Shown piece by piece: positions 9,531 through 19,670 of a stretch of 64,000 bases of DNA (position 1 is the stretch's first letter; the number at the start of each line of letters is the position of its first letter). The stretch lies in assembly GCA_963734535.1 (NCBI GenBank), contig CAVTHS010000008.1, forward strand, positions 64,001-128,000. The letters run 5' to 3'. Source of the stretch: an uncultured Chloroflexia bacterium (GTDB lineage: Bacteria > Chloroflexota > Limnocylindria > Limnocylindrales > CSP1-4). Below the pieces are notes generated by a model that worked only from the letters and a program-made list of their open reading frames with translations, was not told the origin of the DNA and searched no databases. A program made the position numbers and the translations under genes.

Positions 9531-11825
9531 ATGCCGGGCCGATTCTGCGAACGGTGCGGGGGGCCGCTCGGTCTCGAAGCGCACTACTGCCCGACGTGCG
9601 GGGCAGCAACGATTGGGCCTCCCATCCAGCCTGTCCGCCAGCAGGTCCCGGGCTGGCCGGTGCCCCCGGTATCCCCGGCGCCTGACGTGTCCCCACCGCC
9701 ACCGGTGTACCCGGCTGCCCAGGCGCCGACCGGTTGGCCGCTACCCCCGACCGTCCCGGTGACGACCGGCTGGGCGAGTCCCCCACCGAGGCGCCGGAAG
9801 CGCGGCAAGGGAGGCCTCGTCCTGCTGACGCTCGTCGTCGTGGCACTCGTCGGCGTCGCGCTCGCCGCGGGATCCCCGCCGGGACCCGGGGCGAGCCCAT
9901 CAGCGGGCGAGGCGGCGATCGGCGGCCTGGTCGGCGAGCGCCCGATCATCACGCCGGGACCGAACCTGGGCGATGCGTGGACGACCGCCCCGGATCCGGC
10001 CAGCTTCATCACGATCGAGGGCGACAACCGGGTCGCCTCCGACCAGTACCTCGTCATGTTCGGCGACGGGGCCACCGCGAGCGCGGCGGAAGCCGCGGCG
10101 AAGGCGGTCGACGGCACGATCATCGGCCACTTCGCCTACCTCGACACCTGGAAGATCGGGACGGCGTACGCGGCCGCGGATGCGGAGACCTGGAACAACC
10201 AGCGGGCCATCCTCGAGGAACAGCCCGGCGTGGTCGTCGTGGCCCCGGTCGGGCTCATCGCTCCCGATGCCGCCCCCGACTGCGGGCCGGGCCTGTCCGG
10301 CGATGTCTACGCCGGGGCTGCCGCGAAGCCCTACGACCTGATCGGGGTCAAGGCAGCCTGGGACGCCTACTACGCCTCGGGGCTGCCGAAGCACAGCGTG
10401 CATCTCGGGATGACGGACACGGTCCTCACCAGGCGCCCGGCGGGCAAGGACATCAACTGGGAGTTCGACGACGTCACGTTCGTCGACGATCCCGCAACGA
10501 CGACGAACCTGCGGGAACCGACGAAGGCCGACCCCAGAACCGACGGCTTCCACCACGCGGACGGCACCCTCGGGATCATCGCGGCCGACGGTGGCGACGG
10601 CGGGATCGTGGGGGTGGCGAGCCCGCTCGGGTCCGGGCTCGTGGTGAGCTACGCCGAGCTCGGCGGGGGCGTCCAGGAAGGCGCGGCCAAGACCTGGAAA
10701 TCCGACGACGGCACGTCGTATGCCGATGCGGAGCTCCTCAACACGATGCACCAGATCGAGTCGGGAGCCACGATCATCACCGGCAGCTGGGGAGGCAATG
10801 CCAGCGCGACGGTGGCCAGCGACGCTCCCATGTGGAAGAAGTTCTTCGCGAAGATGGCCGTGGACCACCCCGACGTCCTCTTCGTCTTCTCGGCCGGCAA
10901 CAAGCACCAGGCCCTCGACGGGACGAACCACTGGCCGGGCGGCATCCCCTCGCCCAACGTGATCTCGGTCGGCAACGTCAACACGGACGGCACTCGGAAC
11001 TGGTCGAGCAACGGGATCGACCCGACGGTGACCGGCGGCGAGGCTACCCTCGGCGCACCTGGCGACAAGTCGGTCTGGGGGACCGGCGCCGACGGGGCGG
11101 TCCAGGCCTCGGACGGGGGCACGAGCTCGGCCGCCCCGATGGTCACCGCGACCGCAGCACTCGTGCGGGCGATCGACCCGAGCCTGACGGCGGCCGAGAT
11201 CAAGGACCTCATCTCGGGCTCGGCTGCCAGCGGGGACAAGCAGGTCGGCGGTCGGATCCTGCGGACCGACCTCGCCGTTCGCAAGGCCATCGACGGCGCG
11301 CGGGCGAAGGCGAGCCTGCCACCGCTCACCGACGAGATGATCGCCGCAGCCACGAAGTCATGCTCGATCACCGTCAGCGGCTCGATCACCGAGCGGCTCG
11401 AGAACCCGGCCGGGGCGACCGATTGGTCGGTCGCTGCCTATGTGTCGACGATGGCCGGACCGACGGCGCTGAGCCTCGTCGCCGGCGGCGCCCGCCCGGC
11501 GGACTGGAAGCAGCCGGTGGAGCGGCCCGGGGTCTCGGCGACCTGGAAGGTGCTGGCGCCCAAGGCTGGGGTCCGCATCGTGGTGACCCGCCTCGACAAC
11601 GGGTTCTGGGTCACCTACACCCTGCGCGACGACGGCCGCCCGACGGCCTCGCCAACGCCGGAGCCGAAGGCCAGCCCGAAGGCGACGCCCAGGCCGACCG
11701 CCCGCCCCAAGCCCACGCCGACGACGGCGGGCGTCGCCTGCAAGGACCCACCTCCCGGGGTCCTGCCGGGCACGCTCGCCTACGTCCAGTGGAGCCTGAT
11801 GTGCGGAGGGCCGATCGCCCCATGA
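9531..11825 (+). CDS. Membrane-anchored S8 (subtilase) serine peptidase with an N-terminal zinc ribbon
   Basis: FCERCG...YCPTCG, Pro-rich linker, TM, then LGMTD, HHADGTLGII, FSAGN and GGTSSAAPMV. Confidence 0.85.
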   Translation: MPGRFCERCGGPLGLEAHYCPTCGAATIGPPIQPVRQQVPGWPVPPVSPAPDVSPPPPVYPAAQAPTGWPLPPTVPVTTGWASPPPRRRKRGKGGLVLLTLVVVALVGVALAAGSPPGPGASPSAGEAAIGGLVGERPIITPGPNLGDAWTTAPDPASFITIEGDNRVASDQYLVMFGDGATASAAEAAAKAVDGTIIGHFAYLDTWKIGTAYAAADAETWNNQRAILEEQPGVVVVAPVGLIAPDAAPDCGPGLSGDVYAGAAAKPYDLIGVKAAWDAYYASGLPKHSVHLGMTDTVLTRRPAGKDINWEFDDVTFVDDPATTTNLREPTKADPRTDGFHHADGTLGIIAADGGDGGIVGVASPLGSGLVVSYAELGGGVQEGAAKTWKSDDGTSYADAELLNTMHQIESGATIITGSWGGNASATVASDAPMWKKFFAKMAVDHPDVLFVFSAGNKHQALDGTNHWPGGIPSPNVISVGNVNTDGTRNWSSNGIDPTVTGGEATLGAPGDKSVWGTGADGAVQASDGGTSSAAPMVTATAALVRAIDPSLTAAEIKDLISGSAASGDKQVGGRILRTDLAVRKAIDGARAKASLPPLTDEMIAAATKSCSITVSGSITERLENPAGATDWSVAAYVSTMAGPTALSLVAGGARPADWKQPVERPGVSATWKVLAPKAGVRIVVTRLDNGFWVTYTLRDDGRPTASPTPEPKASPKATPRPTARPKPTPTTAGVACKDPPPGVLPGTLAYVQWSLMCGGPIAP

Positions 11826-12115
11826 ACCGTCCGACCCGCCTCGGCCTCGGCATCGTCTCGTTCGGCATCTACCTCACTGGGCTCGCCGTTGCCGGGATGG
11901 CGGTGTTCCTGGCGTTGGTGATCGGCCCGTTCGACGGCTTCGCCGCCGGGATGATCGCCGTCCCGGGGGCGATCGGGATGGCAGGCGGCGCGGGGGTCGT
12001 CCGGGCGGCGGGTCCCTCCCGTCGCCGCGCGGCGATCTTCGGGCTCATCCTCGGCGTCGCCTGGATCGCGGCGGCCGTCTGGATCGTCAGCGTCTTCGCC
12101 TCAATCGGGCGCTGA
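11822..12115 (+). CDS. Small 3-TM membrane protein
   Basis: ATGA overlap with the protease stop; hydrophobic helices. Confidence 0.7.
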   Translation: MNRPTRLGLGIVSFGIYLTGLAVAGMAVFLALVIGPFDGFAAGMIAVPGAIGMAGGAGVVRAAGPSRRRAAIFGLILGVAWIAAAVWIVSVFASIGR

Positions 12116-12215
12116 GCCGCGCTTCCGGCTCGCTGCCTCGGGAGACGGCGATCCCCGGACGCTTGATGGTCGGATCGCGGATCACGAGCCGTCTGGACTC
12201 CGCCCGTCCGTCGAA

Positions 12216-12266
12216 CTTGGCATCCTGCCAAGCTTACTTGACATATTTCGCCGGCTGGCTCACCGT
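12216..12266 (+). promoter_or_regulatory. Sigma70-type promoter and probable XRE operator
   Basis: TTGACA (12238-43), 17-nt spacer, CACCGT (12261-66), ATG 6 nt later. Palindrome CTTGGCA-N3-TGCCAAG (12216-32) and GCCAAG-N4-CTTGAC over the -35. Confidence 0.65.
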
Positions 12267-12272
12267 TGTGGC

Positions 12273-12497
12273 ATGGCGACACGACCCGACGCCCGGCTCC
12301 TGAACCGCCTCCGGGTCGCTCGTGCCGAGCGCGATCTCTCGCAGGATCAGCTTGCACGGACAGCCGGAGTCAGCCGGCAGACGATCAGCTCGATCGAGAC
12401 CGGCCAGTACTGCCCGTCGACCCTCCTGGCCTTTCGCCTTGCCCGCGTGCTGGGGGCTCCCATCGACGGGCTCTTCTGGCTCGAAGGAGAAACCTGA
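12273..12497 (+). CDS. XRE-family HTH transcriptional regulator
   Basis: NRLRVARAERDLSQDQLARTAGVSRQTISSIETGQYCPS. Confidence 0.93.
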   Translation: MATRPDARLLNRLRVARAERDLSQDQLARTAGVSRQTISSIETGQYCPSTLLAFRLARVLGAPIDGLFWLEGET

Positions 12498-12802
12498 TGG
12501 ATCGCCTGGTTCCCCGAGACGAGCGGGAAGCGAGCATCGACCACGCGGCGGACCGCCTGTCGTACCTGGTGCTCTCGTTCGGGCTTCTCGCGATCGTCGC
12601 GTATCGGAGCCTGGTGGACCGCCAGGCATCCTGGGATCTCCTCGGCCTCGTGCTGCTCGGCGGGCTCGTCGGCACCGCCTATCGCGTCCGGCGTCGGGTC
12701 GTCTCTCGTCGCTGGCAGCTGGCTGCCCTTGGCACGGTCGCCGTGGCGCTCGCGGTCGCGGCGATCATCGCGTTCGCGGCACGTGCCCAGGGCTTGGGCT
12801 GA
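12497..12802 (+). CDS. Small membrane protein (DUF2178-like partner of XRE regulators)
   Basis: TGATG coupling; RDERE motif then 3 TM. Confidence 0.75.
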   Translation: MDRLVPRDEREASIDHAADRLSYLVLSFGLLAIVAYRSLVDRQASWDLLGLVLLGGLVGTAYRVRRRVVSRRWQLAALGTVAVALAVAAIIAFAARAQGLG

Positions 12803-12896
12803 ACCCCCATCCCGGACGGGAGCGCCTCGACGGCGGCGGGCGCGGCCACGCCTGGCCCCGGGTCTCGCCGCGGGTCGAACCGACCCGAGGAAAGCG

Positions 12897-13346
12897 TCAG
12901 CGAGTCCGCCCTTCGCGAAGCGCGTCGATCGACCTGGCGATCCGGCGCTGCCTTGTCTCGTCGGTCTTCGCGCCGGCGATCGACAGGACGTGCCAGGACT
13001 TGTTGCTGTACGAGAGCCCATCGAACGTCGCACGCGCCTTCTGATCCTCGTCGAGGGCGGCCGCGAAGTCGGCCGGAACCGTCACCGTTCGCGCCGCCGT
13101 GTCGAGCTCGAGCTCGACGTCCACCTCGTCGCCCGCGGCGACCCCCGCGCCCGCGCGGTGCTCCGAGCTCACGCCGATCAGCGACTCGCCACCCATCACG
13201 GCAACCGTGCTCCTGTACGTGTAGCCGTTGATGGTCACGAGGACCGGCGGCCGCTTGCCGGACCCGAGCGCCTCGACGATCTCGGGAGGGACACGCATTC
13301 CCGTGGCTGTCGTCCCGTTCAGATCGACCGTGGTGCGAAATCGCAT
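12897..13346 (-). CDS. DUF1905/YdeI-OmpD-associated protein
   Basis: RPPVLVTINGYTYRST...VPADFAAAL...AKTDETRQRRI. Confidence 0.9.
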   Translation of the reverse strand: MRFRTTVDLNGTTATGMRVPPEIVEALGSGKRPPVLVTINGYTYRSTVAVMGGESLIGVSSEHRAGAGVAAGDEVDVELELDTAARTVTVPADFAAALDEDQKARATFDGLSYSNKSWHVLSIAGAKTDETRQRRIARSIDALREGRTR

Positions 13347-13364
13347 GACTCCCCCCAGCAGGCT

Positions 13365-13682
13365 TCAGGCGTCCTTGAGCTTCAGCAGACCATAGGGGCG
13401 AACCAGGAAGGTTGCCCACGTGCCGGAGGTCCAATACACGTCGGTCTCCGCGAGCTCGCGTGCCGCGGCCTCGTCGGCGACCCGCACCACGATGAAGGCT
13501 GACTCGACATTACCGAGGGCCCCAGCCACGACCACGACCCCCTCGCGCATCAGCTGCGCGAGCCTGGCGAGGTGGGCGTGGCGGACGGGCCGCCGCCGAT
13601 TCTCCCCGTCGGGCCTGAATTGCGCCTCGATCGCCCAGACGTGCTCGAACTCGACTCCCTCCGGGATCTCTCCGTCGTTCAT
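13365..13682 (-). CDS. YciI-like protein
   Basis: RRPVRHAHLARL...VVAGAL...AETDVYW; GGAGG RBS. Confidence 0.8.
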   Translation of the reverse strand: MNDGEIPEGVEFEHVWAIEAQFRPDGENRRRPVRHAHLARLAQLMREGVVVVAGALGNVESAFIVVRVADEAAARELAETDVYWTSGTWATFLVRPYGLLKLKDA

Positions 13683-13804
13683 CGACTGCCTCCGGTCCTG
13701 CTGCGCGCGCCCGCCGTCCGCGGCGCGGACGTTACCTGGAAGCGTAGCGCCGGCCCCGGTGGCTGGCAGGCGGGTGGATCCCGACCGGAGCCCGCCGCTG
13801 CCGC

Positions 13805-14041
13805 TCAGCCGAACCAGGTCTGGATGTCCACCGGGCTGGCCGTCGGGCCCTTGATGAGGGCCAGGACCGCCTCGATGGGGAGGCTGGTGCGCCGCGCGAC
13901 GAGGCGGGCAATCCGCTCCGGATCGCACCCACAGCGGCTCAGGGCGCGCCGATCGAGGCGTGGCCAGATGCTGAGCGCTCGCAGGTTGTATCGGCACGCT
14001 GTGTCACCGCCGGGATCGACCCGACGTGGCCGACTGTCCAT
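13805..14041 (-). CDS. Hypothetical 78-aa protein
   Basis: GGAGG RBS; plausible composition; no family recognised. Confidence 0.5.
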   Translation of the reverse strand: MDSRPRRVDPGGDTACRYNLRALSIWPRLDRRALSRCGCDPERIARLVARRTSLPIEAVLALIKGPTASPVDIQTWFG

Positions 14042-14170
14042 GGCAGGCCCTCCGCCAGATGAAGATCCGAGATGAGGCCGTGACCGGGACCCGGACCCGC
14101 CGATGGGGGCCGCAGACTAGCACGCAGTCGCGAGCTTGCCAACACCCGGAGGAACCGGCCCGGGGTGCGC

Positions 14171-14827
14171 TCACCTCCGGCGGTCGAGCGCCTCGCGCTG
14201 GACGGCGAGCATCGTCAGGGCATCGGAGATTCGCCCGTCGAGGGTCATCGCCAGGGCCTCGTCGAAGGTCACCCACCGGGTCTGCAGCTCCTCCGTCCCC
14301 TCGGGCGCGGCCGCGCCTCCCCGAAGGTCCGTCGCGACGAAGAAGACGGCAAGCTCGTCGGTCACCGAGTTCGAGAGCGCAGCGCGGCCGAGCTCCCGCC
14401 AGGTGCCCGCCCGGTAGCCCGTCTCCTCGACCAGCTCCCGTCGGGCCGCGTCGATCTCGGACTCGTTCGGGCCCCCGCCGCCCTCCGGGATCTCCCACGA
14501 GTAGGCGTCGAGCGGGTACCGATGCTGGCCCACGAGGAGGACTCGATCACGCTCGTCGATCGCGAGGACCCCGATCGCCCGGTTGGCGAAGTGCACGACG
14601 CCGTAGATCCCGGGCGCCCCGTCGGGCCGGATGACCTCGTCGTGCCAGACGGTCAGCCAGGGGTTCGCGTATGCGACCCGGCGATCCAGGCGTCGCCAGG
14701 GACTGTCACCCGCCGCGGGCTGCACGACGTCGTGGCTCGGCCGCGTGCCGACTTCGATCGAGCTCCCGCCGTGGTCGCCCACCGAATCCGGCGCGACCTC
14801 CGATCGTGGTTCGCGTGGCATGGACAC
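14171..14827 (-). CDS. NUDIX hydrolase (ADP-ribose pyrophosphatase-like)
   Basis: WEIPEGGGGPNESEIDAARRELVEETGY Nudix box; probable leaderless GTG 6 nt after TACGAT. Confidence 0.92.
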   Translation of the reverse strand: MSMPREPRSEVAPDSVGDHGGSSIEVGTRPSHDVVQPAAGDSPWRRLDRRVAYANPWLTVWHDEVIRPDGAPGIYGVVHFANRAIGVLAIDERDRVLLVGQHRYPLDAYSWEIPEGGGGPNESEIDAARRELVEETGYRAGTWRELGRAALSNSVTDELAVFFVATDLRGGAAAPEGTEELQTRWVTFDEALAMTLDGRISDALTMLAVQREALDRRR

Positions 14828-14918
14828 CCGGCCATCGTAGCCGGCAACCTCCGCGGCGGCCGATCTCCCGCACGTCGAGCCTCGTCGGATCGCCGTGACG
14901 CCCGGTACGATGGAGCGC

Positions 14919-16061
14919 GTGGACAACGCGGCGGCGATCCTCGAGATCGGAGTCGTCCTGCTCGCTGCCGCCGCGCTGGGGGCCGCGGCGCGGCGGTTCG
15001 GCCTGCCCGCGGTCGTCGGCTACCTCGTGCTCGGGATCGCCGTTTCCCCGTTCACGCCGGGCTACGTCGCAGATCGCCACCAGATCGAGCTCCTGGCGGA
15101 CGTCGGCGTGGTCCTCCTCCTCTTCGAGGTCGGCATCGAGGTCGATCTCCTCCGGCTTCGACGCGAGCAGGCCGGGCTCCTGTGGGCGGCCCCGGCCCAG
15201 GTTGGGCTGACCACGGCGATCGCCGGCGGGGCGATCTGGGCTGCCGGGATCGCCCCGCTGCCGGCCGCGGTCCTGGGGCTGTGCATCGCGCTTTCGTCAT
15301 CGGTCGTCATCGTGAACATCACGCGCAGCCGTCGCCGCACCACCGACCCGGCGACCGAGGCGGCGCTTCTCGGCTGGAGCGTCCTGCAGGACGTGACCGG
15401 CGTCGCGGCCGCGTCGATCCTCCTCGCGGCGCTCGGCACGGGAGGGCGCCCGCTGCCGGTCGCGCTGGCCGGCCTCCTTGCGTTCGCCGCGGTCGCGATC
15501 GGGACGGCGTGGCTCCTGCCGCGCATGCTCCACCCGCTGCACGACCAGCATGACCTGTTCCTCGTCGTCTCCGTCGCGTCCGGGCTGGTCCTCGCCGGGC
15601 TCGGCGCGGTCGGCTTCGGCGTGCCCCTCGCGCTGGCCGCGTTCGTGGCGGGCCTCGCGATCGCGGAGGGTCCCACCACGGCCGAGGTGCGGCAACGGTT
15701 GCTGCCCTTCCGGGATGTCTTCGCGGTCCTCTTCTTCGTCGCCATCGGCATGCTGATCGATCCGCGCCAGCTCGCAGACGGAGTGTCCTGGCTCCTGTTC
15801 TTCCTGGCGCTCATCGCGATCACGAAGGTGGGGCTGAGCTATGCCCTGGCGCGAGCCGCACGGCTTCCCGGCCGGGCACTCCAGGTGGCGGTCGGGCTCG
15901 GCCAGGTCGGCGAGTTCAGCTTCGTGCTCGGCTCGGTCCTGCTCGCGGCGAAGGCGATCGACCTGCCTGTCTATGTCGCGCTGGTGGCCGCCGTCGCGAT
16001 CTCGATCGCGGTCAGTGCGGTTGTCGTGCGACTCGTCGTCAGGCGGCCCGTCGCCGCGTAA
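14919..16061 (+). CDS. Cation:proton antiporter (CPA2, Kef/YbaL-like)
   Basis: LLADVGVVLLLFEVG, ALSSS, VLQD, PFRDVFAVLFF and QVGEFSF; GTG follows TACGAT (alternative ATG at 14910). Confidence 0.92.
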   Translation: MDNAAAILEIGVVLLAAAALGAAARRFGLPAVVGYLVLGIAVSPFTPGYVADRHQIELLADVGVVLLLFEVGIEVDLLRLRREQAGLLWAAPAQVGLTTAIAGGAIWAAGIAPLPAAVLGLCIALSSSVVIVNITRSRRRTTDPATEAALLGWSVLQDVTGVAAASILLAALGTGGRPLPVALAGLLAFAAVAIGTAWLLPRMLHPLHDQHDLFLVVSVASGLVLAGLGAVGFGVPLALAAFVAGLAIAEGPTTAEVRQRLLPFRDVFAVLFFVAIGMLIDPRQLADGVSWLLFFLALIAITKVGLSYALARAARLPGRALQVAVGLGQVGEFSFVLGSVLLAAKAIDLPVYVALVAAVAISIAVSAVVVRLVVRRPVAA

Positions 16062-16124
16062 CGACCCCATAGCCGCGTGACCGTCGCGGTCAACGCGATC
16101 CGGCAGAGGGTGCGCCCCGCGGCG

Positions 16125-17882
16125 CTACCCGGCGGCGGCCTCGTGGGGCACGGGCGCCTCGGCGGCGGGGACTGGCTCGGGGCCGTGGCGCGTGTCCGGG
16201 AGCAACGCGCTGAAGAGGACGCCGAGGACGACGAACGCGAGCGCCGCGTAGCCGGCCAGGTGCGTCGCCGAGACGAACGCGTCCTCGATCGGAGCCACCA
16301 TGCGCGGCAGAGCGGCCACGAATGCCGGGTCGGCGAAGCAGGCTGCCTGGTCCGGCACGAGCGCCCCCTGCCCGACGAACCCCGCGCCGTCGGCAGCCGA
16401 CGGGTTCCTCAGGGCCGGCAGGATCTGGCCCGCGGATTCGTCGACCAGCGACACGACCAGCTCGCGGCATTGAACCGGGACGTCGGGGAGCGACGCCGCG
16501 AGGTTGTCGCGACTCCCGCCGACGAGCGCGGCGAACAGGACCGTGCCCAGGATCGCGACGCCGAGCGCCGAGCCCACCTGGCGCATCGTCGAGTTCGTGC
16601 CCGACGCAAGGCCGGAGCGGCTCCCCGGGATCTCGGAGAGCACGATGCTCGTCAGCTGGGCCGTCGCGAGACCCACGCCGATGCCGTACACGAAGAGCGG
16701 CGCCGCAAGCAGGAGCCCGCTCGTATCCCGGCCGATCAGGAACGTCGTCACGAGGATGCCCACGGCCTCGAGCGACATCCCGAGGGTGACGGCACGTCGA
16801 GGGCCCCAGCTGCGGGCCACGCTCACGGCGAGCGGCGCCGCCGCGAACGAGCCGAGCGCGAGCGCGAGGAACGCGAGTCCCGTCTCGAAGGCGGTATACC
16901 CGATGACCCCCTGGAGGAAGAGCGGGAGCGCAAACAGGAGGCCGAACTCGCCCAGGCTGACGATCGTGCCGGCGAGGTTCCCGTAGCGGAAGGCCCGAAA
17001 GCCCCACAGCGAGAAGTCGAACAGGAAGAACTTCCCGGCCCGCTGCCGCCGGATCTCGATGATCGTGAAGAGGAGGATCGCGGCGACGCCGACCCCGATC
17101 GCGATCGGGACGATCGAGACCGATGCGAGCGGCCAGTGCCAGTCGAGCACGGCGAACGGGTGGTTCGCGTTTGGCCCCCACCAGCCGTACGTCCGGCCCT
17201 CGATCAGGCCGAACACCACGCCGCCAAGACCGAGCGTGATCAGGATGAACCCGGGCAGGTCGAAGCCCAGCCTGGAATCCTCGTCGCGCGACTCGCGGAT
17301 GTACACCAGCGTCCCGATGACGGCGAGGATGCCCACCGGCAGGTTGAGGAAGAACGCCCACCGCCAGGACAGGTTCGTCGTCAGCCAGCCGCCGAGGAGC
17401 GGCCCGATGGCGGCCATCCCGCCGATCACGGCTCCCCAGATCCCGAAGGCGATCGCGCGGTCCCGTCCCCGGAAGTTGGCGTTGAGGATCGACTGCGTGG
17501 CCGGCAGGATCATGGCCCCGCCCAGGCCCTGGACGAGCCGCGCCGCGATCAGCATCTCGCCGCTGCTCGCCACGCCGGCGACCATCGAGGCCAGCACGAA
17601 CAGGACGAGGCCGGCGAGGTACATGGCGCGGCGTCCCAGCACGTCGCCCATCCGGCCGAGCGTCACCAGGAGCGCGGCGAAGACCAGGGTGTAGATGGCG
17701 TTCACCCACTCCGCCGCCGTCGAGTCGAGCTTGAGGTCGCGGATGATCGAGGGGACCGCCACGTTCACGATCGTCGCGTCGACGATGATCATCGCGACGC
17801 CAAGGCTCAGCATCGCGAGCCCGAGCCACCGGCCCCGGCCCTCCGTGTGCATCGACATCGATTCCGCGGCCTGGTTTGTCAT
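16125..17882 (-). CDS. DHA2 (EmrB/QacA) MFS efflux transporter
   Basis: VDATIVNVAVP, GRMGDVLGRR, WRWAFFLNLPVG; about 14 TM. Confidence 0.93.
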   Translation of the reverse strand: MTNQAAESMSMHTEGRGRWLGLAMLSLGVAMIIVDATIVNVAVPSIIRDLKLDSTAAEWVNAIYTLVFAALLVTLGRMGDVLGRRAMYLAGLVLFVLASMVAGVASSGEMLIAARLVQGLGGAMILPATQSILNANFRGRDRAIAFGIWGAVIGGMAAIGPLLGGWLTTNLSWRWAFFLNLPVGILAVIGTLVYIRESRDEDSRLGFDLPGFILITLGLGGVVFGLIEGRTYGWWGPNANHPFAVLDWHWPLASVSIVPIAIGVGVAAILLFTIIEIRRQRAGKFFLFDFSLWGFRAFRYGNLAGTIVSLGEFGLLFALPLFLQGVIGYTAFETGLAFLALALGSFAAAPLAVSVARSWGPRRAVTLGMSLEAVGILVTTFLIGRDTSGLLLAAPLFVYGIGVGLATAQLTSIVLSEIPGSRSGLASGTNSTMRQVGSALGVAILGTVLFAALVGGSRDNLAASLPDVPVQCRELVVSLVDESAGQILPALRNPSAADGAGFVGQGALVPDQAACFADPAFVAALPRMVAPIEDAFVSATHLAGYAALAFVVLGVLFSALLPDTRHGPEPVPAAEAPVPHEAAAG

Positions 17883-18106
17883 CCCGTGGTGCTCCCGAGC
17901 TCCCGGCATCCGGTCGGCACATTCGAGGATTCGCCTCGCGCGCAGATGGCTCCGCGCGACGAGATGGTTCGTCTCGTGCCGATGGTTGCTTTACACAATG
18001 GTTTCTCGCCGATGATACATCGGAGGGTCCGGGCCCGCACGGGACCGACCGGCAGGAGCCCGAGCCGGGACGCCGAGTGGCCCGGCCGCCGCTTCCGTGC
18101 CCGCGC

Positions 18107-18667
18107 TCAGGGGTTCAGTCGGGCACGAGGCAGCTCATCGACGGCGCGACGCAGGAAGGTCCGCACGGCGGCCCGACCCACGGGATCGAGCGGGGCAAGC
18201 GCACGCTCGATCGCCTCTGCGCGCCACAGGTAGGCGCGGTCGACGATGGCGCTGGCCTCCGGCGTGAGGGACACGTGGACGATTCGGCGATCCGTCCGGT
18301 CGGGCATGCGCTCCACCATCGCGGATTCCTCGAGCTCGGAAACGACGCGGCTCGCCCAGCCGATCGAGATGCCGAGGCCATCTGCCAGCTCGCCGATGGT
18401 TCGGGTTCCGTGGCGCCCGATGTGCATCGCCGCGCGGATCGCGTGGGCCGATACCGGCGGGCGCGAACGGGACTGGCCCCGGTGCGGCCTCAATTCGGCA
18501 CCGTGCACGTCCGGCTCGACGCCATGCACGTCGGGCCGCCCACCCGGGGCATCCGGCTCCGTGCCCGGATCGACGTCGCGGGTCGCGTACACGACGTGAA
18601 TCAACTCGACCAGCAGCCGTCCGACATCGATTGCATCGTCGGATGGCGTGTCGCCCTCGGTGGCCAT
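18107..18667 (-). CDS. MarR-family regulator
   Basis: TIGELADGLGISIGWASRVVSELE...DRTDRRIVHVSLT. Confidence 0.9.
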   Translation of the reverse strand: MATEGDTPSDDAIDVGRLLVELIHVVYATRDVDPGTEPDAPGGRPDVHGVEPDVHGAELRPHRGQSRSRPPVSAHAIRAAMHIGRHGTRTIGELADGLGISIGWASRVVSELEESAMVERMPDRTDRRIVHVSLTPEASAIVDRAYLWRAEAIERALAPLDPVGRAAVRTFLRRAVDELPRARLNP

Positions 18668-18674
18668 GGGTACG

Positions 18675-18694
18675 ATCGTAGCGAAACAGTTTCG
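18675..18694 (-). promoter_or_regulatory. Leaderless -10 box and candidate MarR operator
   Basis: TACGAT 7 nt before the ATG; perfect palindrome CGAAAC-A-GTTTCG at 18682-18694. Confidence 0.55.
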
Positions 18695-18783
18695 TCCGTG
18701 CGAGCCCGGGCGTGGATCGTCCCCTGTCGGTGGGGAGCGCGGTCGAGCGACCGACCTGGAAGGCGGCGTCCCCGGCGTCGACC

Positions 18784-18975
18784 TCAGCCGATGTGCGCTG
18801 CCGCCATGAACCCGAGCAGCGCGCCGACCACCGTGACGACGGGGACGAGCAGGACCAGCAGCAGCAATGCGACCGACGTCGCGACGAACAGCGGGACCAT
18901 CGATCCGGGACCTCGAGCTCGATCTCGAGCGAGATCAATCGGCCCCAGTGTCCGGCGGCCGGGCCGCTGCGTCAT
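18784..18975 (-). CDS. Small membrane protein
   Basis: 63 aa with a long hydrophobic C-terminal half. Confidence 0.5.
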   Translation of the reverse strand: MTQRPGRRTLGPIDLARDRARGPGSMVPLFVATSVALLLLVLLVPVVTVVGALLGFMAAAHIG

Positions 18976-19199
18976 GACGGTCCGTCATTCCGGGCAGTCA
19001 ACCTCGGTCAACGAAGAGATTACGGCCCGTAATGACACATCGGGGTGCGGGGGGCCAGAATCCCGCATCGATCCGGCAGCGCCGCCGATCGGGGCCGGGT
19101 CGACGAGTCTCGAACGCTCCTGCCTGCCCCGGTGTCGGTGGATCCCCCTCCGCGCGCGACGCCGGGGCAGGCGATTTCCTTCACTGAAGGTGGCGGAGG

Positions 19200-19670
19200 T
19201 CATTCCGGGGCTTCCGCGATCGCCCGACCGACCTCTTCGAACGGGATGGATGGCCAGGGCGCGCCGCGCTTCGCGAGGTACTCGTTCGCCCTGCGCCGCC
19301 CGAGCCGGTAGAAGGCGAGCATGTGCAGCGGTGCGCCAGCGTGCGGCATCTGGTCGGTGCCGGCACGGCCGTTCGCCGTCACGAACTCGGTCACCCTGAG
19401 CACGACGCTGCCGCCGTCGGCAACGAGCTCGCCCTTCAGCACCACCTGCCGCAGGCCCTCGAGCCGGTCGTCGTGCACGTGGAACAGGAGGCACGCCAGC
19501 CCGGTCCGTCCGTGTGCGAGCGGTGGCAGCACGCGGAACAGGACGCTCGCGCGAGCCTCATCGAGCTCGACGGCCACGCGCACGCTGACCGGATACCCGG
19601 ACGGGTCGACCCAGCTCAGGACGCCGGTGGGATACGACAGCACACGCTCGGCCAGGCGCCTATCCCACAT
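19200..19670 (-). CDS. Hypothetical protein, probable split-barrel (PNPOx-like) fold
   Basis: GVLSWVDPSGYPVSV; overlaps the upstream PNPOx-like gene. Confidence 0.7.
   Translation of the reverse strand: MWDRRLAERVLSYPTGVLSWVDPSGYPVSVRVAVELDEARASVLFRVLPPLAHGRTGLACLLFHVHDDRLEGLRQVVLKGELVADGGSVVLRVTEFVTANGRAGTDQMPHAGAPLHMLAFYRLGRRRANEYLAKRGAPWPSIPFEEVGRAIAEAPE

Noticed and set aside
18985-19203. Short ORF coupled to the end of the split-barrel operon
   Set aside because: Arg-rich, atypical codon usage and no recognisable motif.
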